Shown here in pieces: positions 19,821 through 29,988 of a stretch of DNA of 64,000 nt. Below the pieces are notes generated by a model, which saw only the letters and a program-made list of their open reading frames with translations, did no database searches and was not told where the DNA came from. A program made the position numbers and the translations under genes. The stretch's first letter is position 1; every line of letters starts with the position of its first letter. Origin of the DNA: Bdellovibrionales bacterium (GTDB lineage: Bacteria > Bdellovibrionota > Bdellovibrionia > Bdellovibrionales > JAGQZY01); assembly GCA_964230645.1 (NCBI GenBank), contig CAXRHT010000002.1, forward strand, positions 384,001-448,000, in the 5' to 3' direction.

Positions 19821-20048
19821 GAAAATTCCTTTCAAAAATGAAACCTAGTGTTTCAAAATATCCCCTCCTTGTCCATGCCTTCAAAATCAAGCCACACACC
19901 CTCTAATTTTAGAAGAAACTGCCTAGGAAAACAGCTCTCTGAAAACTCCTATTTTATATAGTACTTCCAGGCACTTACGAGAGTTAATGACACCTCGCCA
20001 ACATTGACTCAAAGACGGCTTAAACGTAGTATCTCCAGCTATATATCA

Positions 20049-20206
20049 CCCGTGGGTCTAGCGTCTGTTCATTTTTTAAGGACAGACCGAAAGTAGTGGC
20101 TCTGGCAAGCTGGAAGCGTTCACCCGTAGGGTGATGCCAGCAAGGCAGGAGCCGTGCCCTACTTGCGGTCTGTCCTTAAAAAATGAACAGACGCTAGACC
20201 CACGGG
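20049..20206 (+). repeat. Structured palindromic element, copy B
   Basis: Perfect 41-bp inverted arms (20049-20089 / 20166-20206) around the conserved core. Confidence 0.9.
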
Positions 20207-20233
20207 CCCGGCCCCATTTACGAGGAGAGTTTT

Positions 20234-21529
20234 ATGGATGCATTACGCCAGCCCCCAACAACCAGCGGTTACAAAGAAGGCGATGTCTTAGTACTATTTG
20301 GAGAACTGTTCTCCAAAGGCTACGCCAATGGCCTCGTCGATGAAGCTAAAAAGAAGGGCTTAAAAATTGTTTACTCCACCGTGGGCCGGAGGGACTCGGA
20401 GGGAAAACTAAGAGCCCTAACAAAAGAAGAGCTCAGTGAGCAACCCACACCATTGATCAATCGACCTCTTGAGGCGGGCTTTGATATGGAGCCCGATTCC
20501 AAAGGTGTTACCCCTTGCGATCAACTCAAGGGTATTAAAATGAAAGATTGGGACCAAGACCACCTCAACTGGGACTCGATTTTAGAGTCGCAAAAAAACG
20601 GGACCGAAAGATTTCGAAAACACGTCACAGCTTATATGGAAGATCTCAAAGAGCATATTCCCAAAGGGGCCAATGTTTTATTTGCTCATATTATGGCTGG
20701 AGGAGTTCCAAGAGCAAAAATAATTATGCCCGTTATGAACAAAGTTTTTAAAGGTCGAGGCGATCGCTTTATTCCTTCTAAAAGTTTGTTTGATTCTCAG
20801 CTTGGAAAAATGAGTCAGCTCAACTTCAGTGACGTCACAGCCCACACCTTCAAACATCTTGTCGAACTCAGTGCTGAAATTCGAGAGATGGTTGAGTCCG
20901 ATGGTGGTCAGGTCAGCTACACAGCCTACGGTTATCATGGGACAGAAATTCTTATTGATGGAAAGTATCAGTGGCAAACCTATACGCCTTATTTTCAAGG
21001 CTGGGCCAAGATGGAGCTTGAAGAGCATTGTAAAAACTTTTTTGAAAAAGGCATTCGCTGTAGTGTCTACAACTGTCCAGAAATTCTGACTAATTCCTCA
21101 AGCATTTTCCAAGGTGTGGAAGTGTCCCTTTATCCGCTTTTAGGGGCGCTTAAGAAAGAAGGAGCGGATTCAAAAAATTGTCAGAAAGTCCTCGATGATT
21201 GTCGCAAACTTTTAAAAGAAGACCATAGTTTTGATGAAATTATGGAATTCACTAGCCAGTACTGCAAACACGATCTTATCACCTCCCATAGTCATTTCGA
21301 TCAGTGGCCTCAGCACAACTCTCAAGACCAAATGGAGTATATGTTAGACTCTTCTGATCACTTGATTTCTATGCACAAAGACCCAAAAGAGTTAATGACC
21401 TTTCCATTATCCGAAGAGGTTTTTAAGGCCACAGGCGAGCTCATTTTTCACGACTCCTTCGCCCCGCAAAGTCCAGTGCAGTGGCTCAACCACGACGTGG
21501 TCGCAAAAACGATTGCAAAACAGGGATGA
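20234..21529 (+). CDS. fabMG: Enoyl-ACP reductase, FabMG family
   Basis: GDVLVLFGELFSKGYANGLVDEA, TVGRRD, PLEAGFD, AHIMAGGVP, YGYHGTE, WQTYTPY, NCPEILTNSS; recognised from memory of the family. Confidence 0.7.
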   Translation: MDALRQPPTTSGYKEGDVLVLFGELFSKGYANGLVDEAKKKGLKIVYSTVGRRDSEGKLRALTKEELSEQPTPLINRPLEAGFDMEPDSKGVTPCDQLKGIKMKDWDQDHLNWDSILESQKNGTERFRKHVTAYMEDLKEHIPKGANVLFAHIMAGGVPRAKIIMPVMNKVFKGRGDRFIPSKSLFDSQLGKMSQLNFSDVTAHTFKHLVELSAEIREMVESDGGQVSYTAYGYHGTEILIDGKYQWQTYTPYFQGWAKMELEEHCKNFFEKGIRCSVYNCPEILTNSSSIFQGVEVSLYPLLGALKKEGADSKNCQKVLDDCRKLLKEDHSFDEIMEFTSQYCKHDLITSHSHFDQWPQHNSQDQMEYMLDSSDHLISMHKDPKELMTFPLSEEVFKATGELIFHDSFAPQSPVQWLNHDVVAKTIAKQG

Positions 21530-22371
21530 GTCTAGCGCAAGGCTTACCCTGGCAGTGGAAGCAGCTCTCCTTTAACGGCTACAGTATAGCGGGGCAAACA
21601 ACCTCGCTTTTTTTCAATAACGCCAAAATTTGCTTCGACATTGGCCAAGGTCTTCCCTTTAATATCAACGCCAAACTTTATTGTCTCACCCACCTCCATG
21701 CCGATCACGGTGCAGGTATAAATTACTTACTCTCCCAGCGCTCCCTTTTTGGCTTCCCAACAGCCCCTATTCTTCTTCCCCAGTCGGCTGTTGATCCCAT
21801 TTTTAAAATACTCAAGCAGTGGGAAAAAATTGAGGGTTTTAAGTTTGATTTTGAACTTATTCCCATGAAAGCAGGAACTCGGTTTGCTTTTTCAAAGCAG
21901 TATCTTATTGAAGCCTTTCCCACCAATCACCGCGTGGAGTCCTTTGGATACCTAGTCTATGTGAAAAAAAAGAAATTAAAAAAAGAGTTCTTAGGGCTTG
22001 AGAGACAAGAGCTCTTAGACTTAAAAAGTCGGGGGCAACTTTTAGAAGAGGATGTTCTCGAACCAAAGATGGCTTTTACCGGGGACACCAAAATTGAATT
22101 TCTTCAGAACCATAAAGATTTATCCCGTGTGGAGCTACTCTTTATGGAGTGCACTAACCTCGACGAAAAAAAGTCGATCGAAGACACTCGAAAATGGGGA
22201 CATACTCACCTTGATGAAATTATTGAGAAGGCTTCTTTTTTTGAAAACGAAAAGATCAGTTTAATTCATCTTTCCGCCAGATACTCCAGCAAAGAGGCGG
22301 AAAAGATTTTAACGGAAAAACTTCCAGAAAGCCTCAGAGAAAAGGTGAGCCTTTTCCCACGTCCCTTTTAA
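21526..22371 (+). CDS. rnz: Ribonuclease Z (short tRNase Z, metallo-beta-lactamase fold)
   Basis: THLHADH, HRVESFGY, FTGDT, ECT, GHTH, HLSARY; ATGA overlap with the upstream gene. Confidence 0.8.
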   Translation: MSLAQGLPWQWKQLSFNGYSIAGQTTSLFFNNAKICFDIGQGLPFNINAKLYCLTHLHADHGAGINYLLSQRSLFGFPTAPILLPQSAVDPIFKILKQWEKIEGFKFDFELIPMKAGTRFAFSKQYLIEAFPTNHRVESFGYLVYVKKKKLKKEFLGLERQELLDLKSRGQLLEEDVLEPKMAFTGDTKIEFLQNHKDLSRVELLFMECTNLDEKKSIEDTRKWGHTHLDEIIEKASFFENEKISLIHLSARYSSKEAEKILTEKLPESLREKVSLFPRPF

Positions 22372-22794
22372 TTACTGATTTGGAAGAATAAGATATTGAG
22401 AAAAGCCCCACTCTTCTGCTTTTTCCAAATAGACCTCTTGAAAATTGACCCTTTCTTCAGGATCTTGACTGAGAGACTTTCGGTAGTAATTATCAAGCAC
22501 CCAGACAGCCGAAGCGTAGCTATTTAAAACATCCACTTCCAAACATTGAGTGGCTGTGGCTCGACCAAAATTGAAGAGGGCCAAGTTCGGACAATCTTGC
22601 ATATAAGTGGTGCGATCAAATTCGACTCCAACATTTTCGGCGTGTACAGAAAAAGCTCCGCCCATCGCCCAATTTTGCACCTCTTGGAGTACTTCCATGG
22701 TGTATGGAGGTACATAGGACTCTTGGCAATTCCCCTTAACTGCCAAGGCCCCTTGAGAAAAAAATAAAACCATTAAAGAAAAAATCGTTCGCAT
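22372..22794 (-). CDS. Secreted hypothetical protein
   Basis: Signal peptide ending ALA; AGGGA SD. Confidence 0.75.
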   Translation of the reverse strand: MRTIFSLMVLFFSQGALAVKGNCQESYVPPYTMEVLQEVQNWAMGGAFSVHAENVGVEFDRTTYMQDCPNLALFNFGRATATQCLEVDVLNSYASAVWVLDNYYRKSLSQDPEERVNFQEVYLEKAEEWGFSQYLILPNQ

Positions 22795-22985
22795 TGCTGT
22801 TCCCTGTGTGAAGCGTTTCTAGCAATAGCCGTGACCAAAGCCAAATTTAATATTTCTTCCACAAGCATAAGATTAAGTTATAGTAGCGGTTTCCATATAC
22901 ATAGGACTGCCTATAATTTTGATAAATTTAACGAAATTCTTACTGTAAATATCGAGATTTCTTTGGTTTTTTTCAAATAGAGACC

Positions 22986-23012
22986 TCAATATTTTTATCC
23001 CATCACCGATAA
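22986..23012 (+). promoter_or_regulatory. Putative sigma28 (FliA) promoter
   Basis: TCAA-N15-ACCGATAA versus consensus TAAA-N15-GCCGATAA; 6 nt before ATG 23019. Confidence 0.55.
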
Positions 23013-23018
23013 GACCCT

Positions 23019-23684
23019 ATGGGCTCTTCTCGAAACTCCTTTCTATTATTATGTTTATTGATAGGAATAATACCTTTTCAAGCCTGTATGCGCTCAAGCC
23101 CCAACGCTCAATTGGGACAGTCTTCATCAGTTACCTATGATACGGAAATCGATAAGCAGGCCCTAAAACTTTTTGCCGAAAGTTGTGACTCCTGTCATGG
23201 GTCTTCCTCTCCTGGTCTTGGAGGCTTAAACAATACCGACAATATAAAGGCCTTAATTGAAGGTGGTTATATTGTTCCCGGTGACGTCAGTGGCTCTCCC
23301 CTTTTTGAAGAGGTAGAAAGTGGCTCGATGCCACCAAGCTCCCCTCTGGGAGCTCCGGATCGGGAGTTTCTGGCTACTTGGATTGAATCCCTTACCGATC
23401 GTAGTGATGATGCCAGTCAAGCCCCCGTTGAATCAATTACTTTCACTAGACTTTTCAACGAGGTCATAGGTCCCCGCTGCACCACCTGTCACGACTCAAA
23501 TCACGTCCTTCCCCTTCATGATTATGAGAGTGTACGTGAAATTGTTTGGGCGGAAAGTCCTTCAGTGAGCCTTCTGTGGAGCTCCCCGGCTGCAGGCCGA
23601 ATGCCAAAAACGGGACCACCACTCACCGCCTCGGAACTTAAGAAGATCAGTGATTGGATAGAACTTGGAGCTCTTAATAATTAA
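23019..23684 (+). CDS. Di-heme c-type cytochrome lipoprotein (two planctomycete-cytochrome-like domains)
   Basis: CDSCH and CTTCH, each followed by G-x-MP and WIE; FQAC lipobox-like motif. Confidence 0.85.
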   Translation: MGSSRNSFLLLCLLIGIIPFQACMRSSPNAQLGQSSSVTYDTEIDKQALKLFAESCDSCHGSSSPGLGGLNNTDNIKALIEGGYIVPGDVSGSPLFEEVESGSMPPSSPLGAPDREFLATWIESLTDRSDDASQAPVESITFTRLFNEVIGPRCTTCHDSNHVLPLHDYESVREIVWAESPSVSLLWSSPAAGRMPKTGPPLTASELKKISDWIELGALNN

Positions 23685-23690
23685 GAGCTT

Positions 23691-25217
23691 TTAAGACTTC
23701 AACATATAATCTAGAATTTTAGCGTCTTTTGTGTCGGGAAAACTTCTCGCTAAGGACATATCCATGCGCAGAGCCTGCATTAAAGTCATCCATAGATCTC
23801 TCCCCGCCACTCTTTGGTTATTTCCACTCACACCATTTGCGACAGGACGTCCAGAGTCATCGGGACGATGGTAAAAATATTTTGTTCCTTGGTTGGTGAC
23901 ATTGCCATAATAACCGCCTTTGATTTGACCTCCGGCGAGAATCGCACCATTTTTACCTTTACTTCCGAAAGAGTTGGCTTCCATCCCCCGGCCACCATCG
24001 GTGGTGAAAATTGCAATCACTGTTTCATTCCAAATGCCCGCAGTCTTTAAGGCATCGATCATTTTAGAAAGTGGGTTAGAAACCTGTTTGGCTTGTGCCC
24101 TAAAAAGTTTTTCCGGACGATCGCCATGGACATCAACATAGTCGAATTCGAGGGCCACGGTACGTACTATATCATTGGTAATAAGTTTTGTTGCAAGTCC
24201 TGCTTGTTCCCACAGCCAGGCTTTGCTGCCACCTCTTCCCATTTCCGGAAAATCATTACGCCAGTGATTTCGTTCAGCACTAGAGAGAGCCAATTGAAAA
24301 TTATTGGGAAGCCCCCCTGCCCCGGTACTGGCCAGGCGCTTTTGCACACCTTGTAATTGTTTTTCGTGATCCGAATGAGCATTGCCATCGTAACGGAAAT
24401 TATTAAGGTAGTTTTTATCGACTTTTTTAATAAGCTGTGTGATCTGATTGGAAAAACGACTGTAGTTAGGCGCCGGTCCGGCGTTGCCAGAGGTAGAAAA
24501 GGCTTTCTCTAAGTCACTGGTCGACTGATAGCGATCAGGATCGGCTCCTGCTAGGTTTCCAGAATAGTGGTACACAGTATGAATACTGCGACTAATTCCT
24601 TTATAAATGACACCATTTTTTAGACTCGAATCGGCTTTTTTGCAGACGTAGTTATGAATATTAGCCGGTGTGGGACTGGAACTATAATGATCACCATTAC
24701 CGGAGAGTTTGGAATTGGGATCTTTTAAATACATCTTCTCACGCCCCGGCCCCGAATTGTAGCCTCTTCCTGGAGAGCGAGTGGCGTTTCCTCCTTCGTG
24801 TCCGTGAATGGGACCCACTGAGAGCTCACAGGTTTCTAAAACAGCGATATCATCCAGATGAGGTCTTAGAACTTGTCCCTCATCGGGAAGGTAAAAATTG
24901 TTACCCGCTTGCACCAAAGAGTCCTGACTTTGCGCCAGTCCCACCTGATCTCCAGAGAATCCTCGTGTGATATTACCGGTGGCAATTCCTGGAGGCACAA
25001 AAAGGTGTGTCCAATCAAATTGGTCTCGTAAATTGATTTCGATAAAATAGCGTGGCAATACGGCCGCTTGCGCATAAGCTTTCTTCCCTAGCAGTATTTC
25101 CTGACAAGCCTCTTTTAAGCCCGAAGGTGCAAAGGGAAAGAGTGTGAATAAACTTAAAGCTTTTAAGAACTCTCTTCTTTCATTGGGAGCCATATTTTCA
25201 AAATCTTCAAACTTCAT
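23691..25217 (-). CDS. Tat-exported DUF1501/DUF1552-like protein
   Basis: RREFLK twin-arginine signal ending AYA; YVDVHG, TDGGR, AGGQIKGGYYG. Confidence 0.7.
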   Translation of the reverse strand: MKFEDFENMAPNERREFLKALSLFTLFPFAPSGLKEACQEILLGKKAYAQAAVLPRYFIEINLRDQFDWTHLFVPPGIATGNITRGFSGDQVGLAQSQDSLVQAGNNFYLPDEGQVLRPHLDDIAVLETCELSVGPIHGHEGGNATRSPGRGYNSGPGREKMYLKDPNSKLSGNGDHYSSSPTPANIHNYVCKKADSSLKNGVIYKGISRSIHTVYHYSGNLAGADPDRYQSTSDLEKAFSTSGNAGPAPNYSRFSNQITQLIKKVDKNYLNNFRYDGNAHSDHEKQLQGVQKRLASTGAGGLPNNFQLALSSAERNHWRNDFPEMGRGGSKAWLWEQAGLATKLITNDIVRTVALEFDYVDVHGDRPEKLFRAQAKQVSNPLSKMIDALKTAGIWNETVIAIFTTDGGRGMEANSFGSKGKNGAILAGGQIKGGYYGNVTNQGTKYFYHRPDDSGRPVANGVSGNNQRVAGRDLWMTLMQALRMDMSLARSFPDTKDAKILDYMLKS

Positions 25218-26854
25218 TACTGTAATCTCCCTTCGATAGATAGCATAACAAGAGGATGGGATAGAGATTCAACGACCAAGTCACTGAGGCTTGGTTGTGG
25301 GTTTCTGGTCTTAGCCTTCCTTACAATATCTCTTAGAAGACCCACATTAATATGTTCGGCTTCACTGTGATCAAGGTTTAGAAAATATTGCAGGCTTTTT
25401 TGTACAGAACAGTTCCAAAACTCATCACTTTGAACGATGACTTCCGAGGCCTCTTTTAAGTTGGCGACTTGTCGACCGAAAACTTGCGAGGCTTCTGAAG
25501 CGGCTTCATTGGAGTCTTTAAGATGAGAGGTAAAAAGATCATTAAAAGACTTACCGGCTTCGAGATCAGGATTCTGAGCGCCCGTTGCACCATCGACATA
25601 GTTTCCGAAGGCATCAAACTTTACAAATAACTGAGCATGGGCTCCAAACTGTGAATGACAAGTATAACAGGCGAAACCATTCCCAAAAGCCCCGTCGGTG
25701 CCATCATCAAGCTGGTCTTGGGCGAACATATCAATAATCCTCTCTCTTTTTATAGGAGGTTGTAGCGACTGATCCATTGGGTAGTTTTTGCAGGCGAATT
25801 GCTCCATAAGCTTACCGGCTCTTCCTAAATTAAATCGTCCCGTGTGCCCGACCATAAAGGCCTTTGTGGTTAGAACTCCAGCATTATAGGGAGAGGCGGT
25901 ATCGCAACTGACCGGCTCTAAATTCTCGTCCACACAGTAATCCGCAGTCAGTACTTCGGAGAAACTGCGATCTTCCCGGCTAATAAATTGCATCAACTGT
26001 CCTGGAAGATTGAAATCCACTTCGTTTGTTTTACCACTGGTGGCCAGTTGCACTTCCATCATTGTCTTAGCGGAAATGTGAAAGCTAGGGTCAGCTGTCC
26101 AAGTCTCTAGAAGCTGCCTTAAGTCATAAATATTGCCATTCTCAAGTAGATCACTCTCAGTACTAGAGAGGTTTCTTGCCACCAACATATTCGCTAAACG
26201 ATTCCCATAGGCAACAAGAGGAGACTCCGCTAATGACGATTCACTCACAAACTCTAAGGAACTTAAACTCACAGAGCAGAGAATAAAAAGTTTCTCATTT
26301 TGAGTGCCACTCCCTGCTGCTATTTCCTGAAGGAGTTCTTGATCACCATAGGAGAGCTTGCGACCATAAACGACTTCTAAAAAGCCCTGATGATCACCGG
26401 CATAGCGATTGATAATTTCTGAGCTTTGGCAGATCGGTTCGATCGACTCTATCCATTTTTCCATTACCGATTGAGACCAAGTTTGACTGGGATTAATACT
26501 TTGAGAATGGTCGTGATCACCTAAAATAAAACGATTAGCTCTCAGCCTGTTAAAAGCTGATGAGGGTAAAAATGAGAAGAGGTTCTCTAATTTACTCACT
26601 CTTTGTCTAAAAGGAAGTACTTGCACTGAGCTATTTTTAGCTTCAAATACAGCGGGCGATTCACTTCCCCCACCAAGGCTTGAAAATGAGCCCTCTTCTC
26701 CCGTTCCTTTGTAACCACTGCAGTTGTTATAAAATAAAAGAGTCACGACCCCTAAAAATAGAAATTTCCCAAACTTAGAATAAATTTTGATCCTCCCAAA
26801 CCCTGATAAGCTATTAATCTGCAAATAGCTTGCCGAAAACGGAGTTGTTTTCAC
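25217..26854 (-). CDS. Lipoprotein with DUF1588/DUF1585-like region and one CxxCH
   Basis: YNNC lipobox-like motif; VLTADY, AGVLTT, CYTCH, FWNCSVQK; coupled to the DUF1501-like gene. Confidence 0.7.
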   Translation of the reverse strand: MKTTPFSASYLQINSLSGFGRIKIYSKFGKFLFLGVVTLLFYNNCSGYKGTGEEGSFSSLGGGSESPAVFEAKNSSVQVLPFRQRVSKLENLFSFLPSSAFNRLRANRFILGDHDHSQSINPSQTWSQSVMEKWIESIEPICQSSEIINRYAGDHQGFLEVVYGRKLSYGDQELLQEIAAGSGTQNEKLFILCSVSLSSLEFVSESSLAESPLVAYGNRLANMLVARNLSSTESDLLENGNIYDLRQLLETWTADPSFHISAKTMMEVQLATSGKTNEVDFNLPGQLMQFISREDRSFSEVLTADYCVDENLEPVSCDTASPYNAGVLTTKAFMVGHTGRFNLGRAGKLMEQFACKNYPMDQSLQPPIKRERIIDMFAQDQLDDGTDGAFGNGFACYTCHSQFGAHAQLFVKFDAFGNYVDGATGAQNPDLEAGKSFNDLFTSHLKDSNEAASEASQVFGRQVANLKEASEVIVQSDEFWNCSVQKSLQYFLNLDHSEAEHINVGLLRDIVRKAKTRNPQPSLSDLVVESLSHPLVMLSIEGRLQ

Positions 26855-27144
26855 TCCTGATATCAGGAGGTTAACTTCGCCTTTTCTGAAGTATTTTAAA
26901 AAAAACGTACACTAGTTTGATAAACTCTAAATTTTTTTATTAAATTAAGTAAAAACCTACACTTACAAGGGTGTCTATGAAAAACACAAAGCTGTTAATA
27001 GATTAAACAATGTTTGAATCTGAAACGTATTAAGGTGGAACGAAAACACGAGACTCTAAAGGTTATAGACTTCCCTAGAGTCTTCAAGATAACAGACAAC
27101 TCTTCTTTAAAACTCAAGGAAGACTTTTGATTTGAAATTGAAAC

Positions 27145-27172
27145 AAAAAAAGGGAGCTATTACTACACTCCC
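27145..27172 (-). terminator. Possible terminator of the POT operon
   Basis: AAAAAA-GGGAG...CTCCC on plus gives a hairpin plus U-tract on minus. Confidence 0.5.
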
Positions 27173-27249
27173 CTAAGATTTAAAAGCTTGCACTTTGAAA
27201 TCTTGCCAGAGAAAAGCAAACCAAAAAAGTCGATGGGTTACTTAAAACA

Positions 27250-28638
27250 CTACTCGTACTTTTCTTTCATCTTATAGTTTCTTGCTAGGAGAGCGAATAT
27301 CCCACTGACTCCTAACATCAATACCGCAAAGAAAAGAAAAAAGTTTCCACTCACACTTTCGGCTTCATGGGCTCCGATAAATTTAGACGCCACAGCCACG
27401 TACATATTTCCAAGAAAGGTGGTTAACATCCAAAAACTCATGATGGTTGATTTCATATTTTTGGGCGCTTGGGTATAAGCAAACTCAAGTCCCGTGATAG
27501 AAATTAAAACTTCCGCAATTGTGATTGTTACGTAGGGAAAGAACTGCCAGATAATATTGATTCTCTCGCCAAGAACAAGCCCCTCGGCGATTTGCCCTTC
27601 AATCACGTACTGAATGATGGCCACTTGCAGAAAAGAAAATGCAGCAATCACCATTCCAACACCCATCCTGCGTAGTGGGGTAAAATCCCAAAACTTCTGT
27701 ACGGTTGGATACACACCAAAAACGAAAAGCGGGATTAGAATCATCACAAGCCATGGATTGAGAGCTTGCATAGCTGCCGGTTTTAACTCAAAACCCATCA
27801 CCATGGGGTCCATTTGCAGAGCTTGTAAAACCCAGGTGGAACCATGTTGATCAAAAAGAGCCCAGAAGACCGGGACGGCTGTTAAAAAAATCGCCATGAT
27901 AGAAAAAACGGCTTTCACCCCTTGCACAACCTCTTGGGAGTGATCTTTAAGAGCGCCATCAAGAAACTTTTTACCGGGCTCGCGATTTCTGAAAGCTGAC
28001 ATAACAACACGTGGAACGGAGTCAGGGTTTTTACCAGTGGGCGCTTTGATGTCGTATTGTTTTCTTCCCATCCAAAAAACGATGGTCGCAATCAACATCA
28101 ACACACCCGGAATTCCAAAGGCCACAGAGGGACCAACAAGATCAAGCAGATAAGGGGTCAGCATAGTGGAAGTGGCTGAGCCTAAGTTAATGATCCAGTA
28201 AAACATATTGTAAAACCGAGTCAGCCCTAGTTTATTATCAGGATGGAATTGGTCACCACCAAAGGCCGACACACAAGGTTTGATTCCCCCCGACCCGATG
28301 GCAATCAAGCCAAGCCCCCAGTAAAGACCCGCCTCATTTTCCCATAGTGCAATCACTCCATGACCAATACAGTAAACAATCGAGAGCCATAAAATGACAT
28401 GAAATTTTCCGAAATAACGATCGGCGAGATAGGCCCCTGCCAGTGGAGTTAAGTAACAGCCTGCTACAAAGATATGGTACACTTCAGTAGCAAAACCGGC
28501 CTCTATGGCCAGATATTGCACCATAAAGACTGTAAGGATAGTGCGCATCCCGTAAAAACTAAAGCGTTCACAGCCCTCGTTTCCAATAAGATATTTTATC
28601 TGAGGAGGAAATTTACCCGTGTTATGAGATGCTGCCAT
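27250..28638 (-). CDS. POT/PTR2 proton-dependent oligopeptide transporter (PepT-like subfamily)
   Basis: NEGCERFSFYGMR, GSGGIKPCVSAFGGDQF, FYWIINLG, GLEFAYTQAP. Confidence 0.95.
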   Translation of the reverse strand: MAASHNTGKFPPQIKYLIGNEGCERFSFYGMRTILTVFMVQYLAIEAGFATEVYHIFVAGCYLTPLAGAYLADRYFGKFHVILWLSIVYCIGHGVIALWENEAGLYWGLGLIAIGSGGIKPCVSAFGGDQFHPDNKLGLTRFYNMFYWIINLGSATSTMLTPYLLDLVGPSVAFGIPGVLMLIATIVFWMGRKQYDIKAPTGKNPDSVPRVVMSAFRNREPGKKFLDGALKDHSQEVVQGVKAVFSIMAIFLTAVPVFWALFDQHGSTWVLQALQMDPMVMGFELKPAAMQALNPWLVMILIPLFVFGVYPTVQKFWDFTPLRRMGVGMVIAAFSFLQVAIIQYVIEGQIAEGLVLGERINIIWQFFPYVTITIAEVLISITGLEFAYTQAPKNMKSTIMSFWMLTTFLGNMYVAVASKFIGAHEAESVSGNFFLFFAVLMLGVSGIFALLARNYKMKEKYE

Positions 28639-28641
28639 AAA

Positions 28642-29988
28642 TTAAACTCCGTGCCCCACGGCTTTTTTCAAAGGTTTTTGTAAGATAAAAATTCCCACTC
28701 CCGCAGCGACACCGAGGATGAGACAAAGAGTAAAAAACTCAGACTTGGTCATGGCGGCGTAGAATGTGCCTAGGTAACCACCAAAGTAGTTACCCAGTCC
28801 CGTAGTAAAAAACCACCAACCCATCATCATACCGACAAGTCTTGGAGGAGCCACTTTCGTTACCAGAGATAAACCTATGGGTGAGAAGAAAAGCTCTCCA
28901 ATCGTTACAATAAAGAGCATGGGGACAAACCACAGGAAACTGATCATCGTTGCGCTGGTAAAGCCTTGAGTAATATAGATAAGGAAAATAAATCCTGAGC
29001 CCATAAGCATACAGCCCGCAGCCATTTTGGCGATACTGGACATTTGATTACTCCCCTGTCTCTCCCATCTCTTCATTAAAATCGGAGCAAATATAAATAT
29101 AAATAGAGGATTAAGGGACTGCAGCCATGTCGAAGGGATTGTTAAACTTCCAACCGACCAATCGGTATTATTAGTCGATAAAAGCTGAAGTGTATTACCT
29201 TGTTGCTCGAAAACACCCCAAAAAACGATATTCGCAAGTGAAAGGACAAAGAAACCTGCAATGGCTTTCCATTGTTTTGGTGTTAAAGGAATTTTCTCTT
29301 TTTTGGTTTTGGATTCTTTGTTTTTTTCAAAAGTTGTTTTAGGTAAGTACTTTTGACCAAAGAGGTAAACAAGAAGACCGAGAACCATTCCGACTCCGGC
29401 TGCGGTAAAGCCGTAGTGCCAGCCGTAGATCTCTCCGAGAGTTCCGCATACAATGGGAGAAAATATAGCTCCTAAATTGATTCCCATATAAAAAATCGTA
29501 AAGGCTCCATCGCGGCGTGGATCACCCTCTGGGTACAAGCCCCCCACCTGTGTTGAAATATTGGGTTTAAAAGCTCCGTTTCCAAAGATAAGAAATACGA
29601 GAGCCAATAAGAATAGAGATTCAAAAGCCATTAGAAAATGTCCAATGGTCATTAAGACTCCACCTAATATAATAGAGTATTTTTCACCAATATATTTATC
29701 GGCAAGCAGCCCCCCTAAGAGAGGCGTGCAATAGACTAAGAATGTATAAAGACCATAAATTTGGGAAGCCAAGGGTTGTACACCCAAGCCCCCGTAAAGG
29801 GCTTCGATATATTCAAAACCCATAATGTACTCGCCACTTCGAGCATTGATAATGAGCTCTTTGGTCATATAAAGTATTAACAGGGCTCGCATGCCGTAAT
29901 AGGAGAATCTCTCCCACATTTCAGTAAAAAATAGAACGTATAGGCCGATGGGGTGCCCAAACAGGGTCTTTTGCTGTGTCTCTGTCAT
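28642..29988 (-). CDS. POT/PTR2 oligopeptide transporter (DtpT-like subfamily)
   Basis: FGHPIGL..FFTEMWERFSYYGMRA, GNGAFKPNIS, RRDGAFTIFYMGINLG. Confidence 0.95.
   Translation of the reverse strand: MTETQQKTLFGHPIGLYVLFFTEMWERFSYYGMRALLILYMTKELIINARSGEYIMGFEYIEALYGGLGVQPLASQIYGLYTFLVYCTPLLGGLLADKYIGEKYSIILGGVLMTIGHFLMAFESLFLLALVFLIFGNGAFKPNISTQVGGLYPEGDPRRDGAFTIFYMGINLGAIFSPIVCGTLGEIYGWHYGFTAAGVGMVLGLLVYLFGQKYLPKTTFEKNKESKTKKEKIPLTPKQWKAIAGFFVLSLANIVFWGVFEQQGNTLQLLSTNNTDWSVGSLTIPSTWLQSLNPLFIFIFAPILMKRWERQGSNQMSSIAKMAAGCMLMGSGFIFLIYITQGFTSATMISFLWFVPMLFIVTIGELFFSPIGLSLVTKVAPPRLVGMMMGWWFFTTGLGNYFGGYLGTFYAAMTKSEFFTLCLILGVAAGVGIFILQKPLKKAVGHGV

Noticed and set aside
20131..20343. 70-aa ORF upstream of fabMG
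   Set aside because: It starts inside element B and overlaps fabMG out of frame.
22818..22840. Sigma54-like site upstream of the gene starting at 22794
   Set aside because: The GG-to-GC spacing is 11 nt rather than the required 10.
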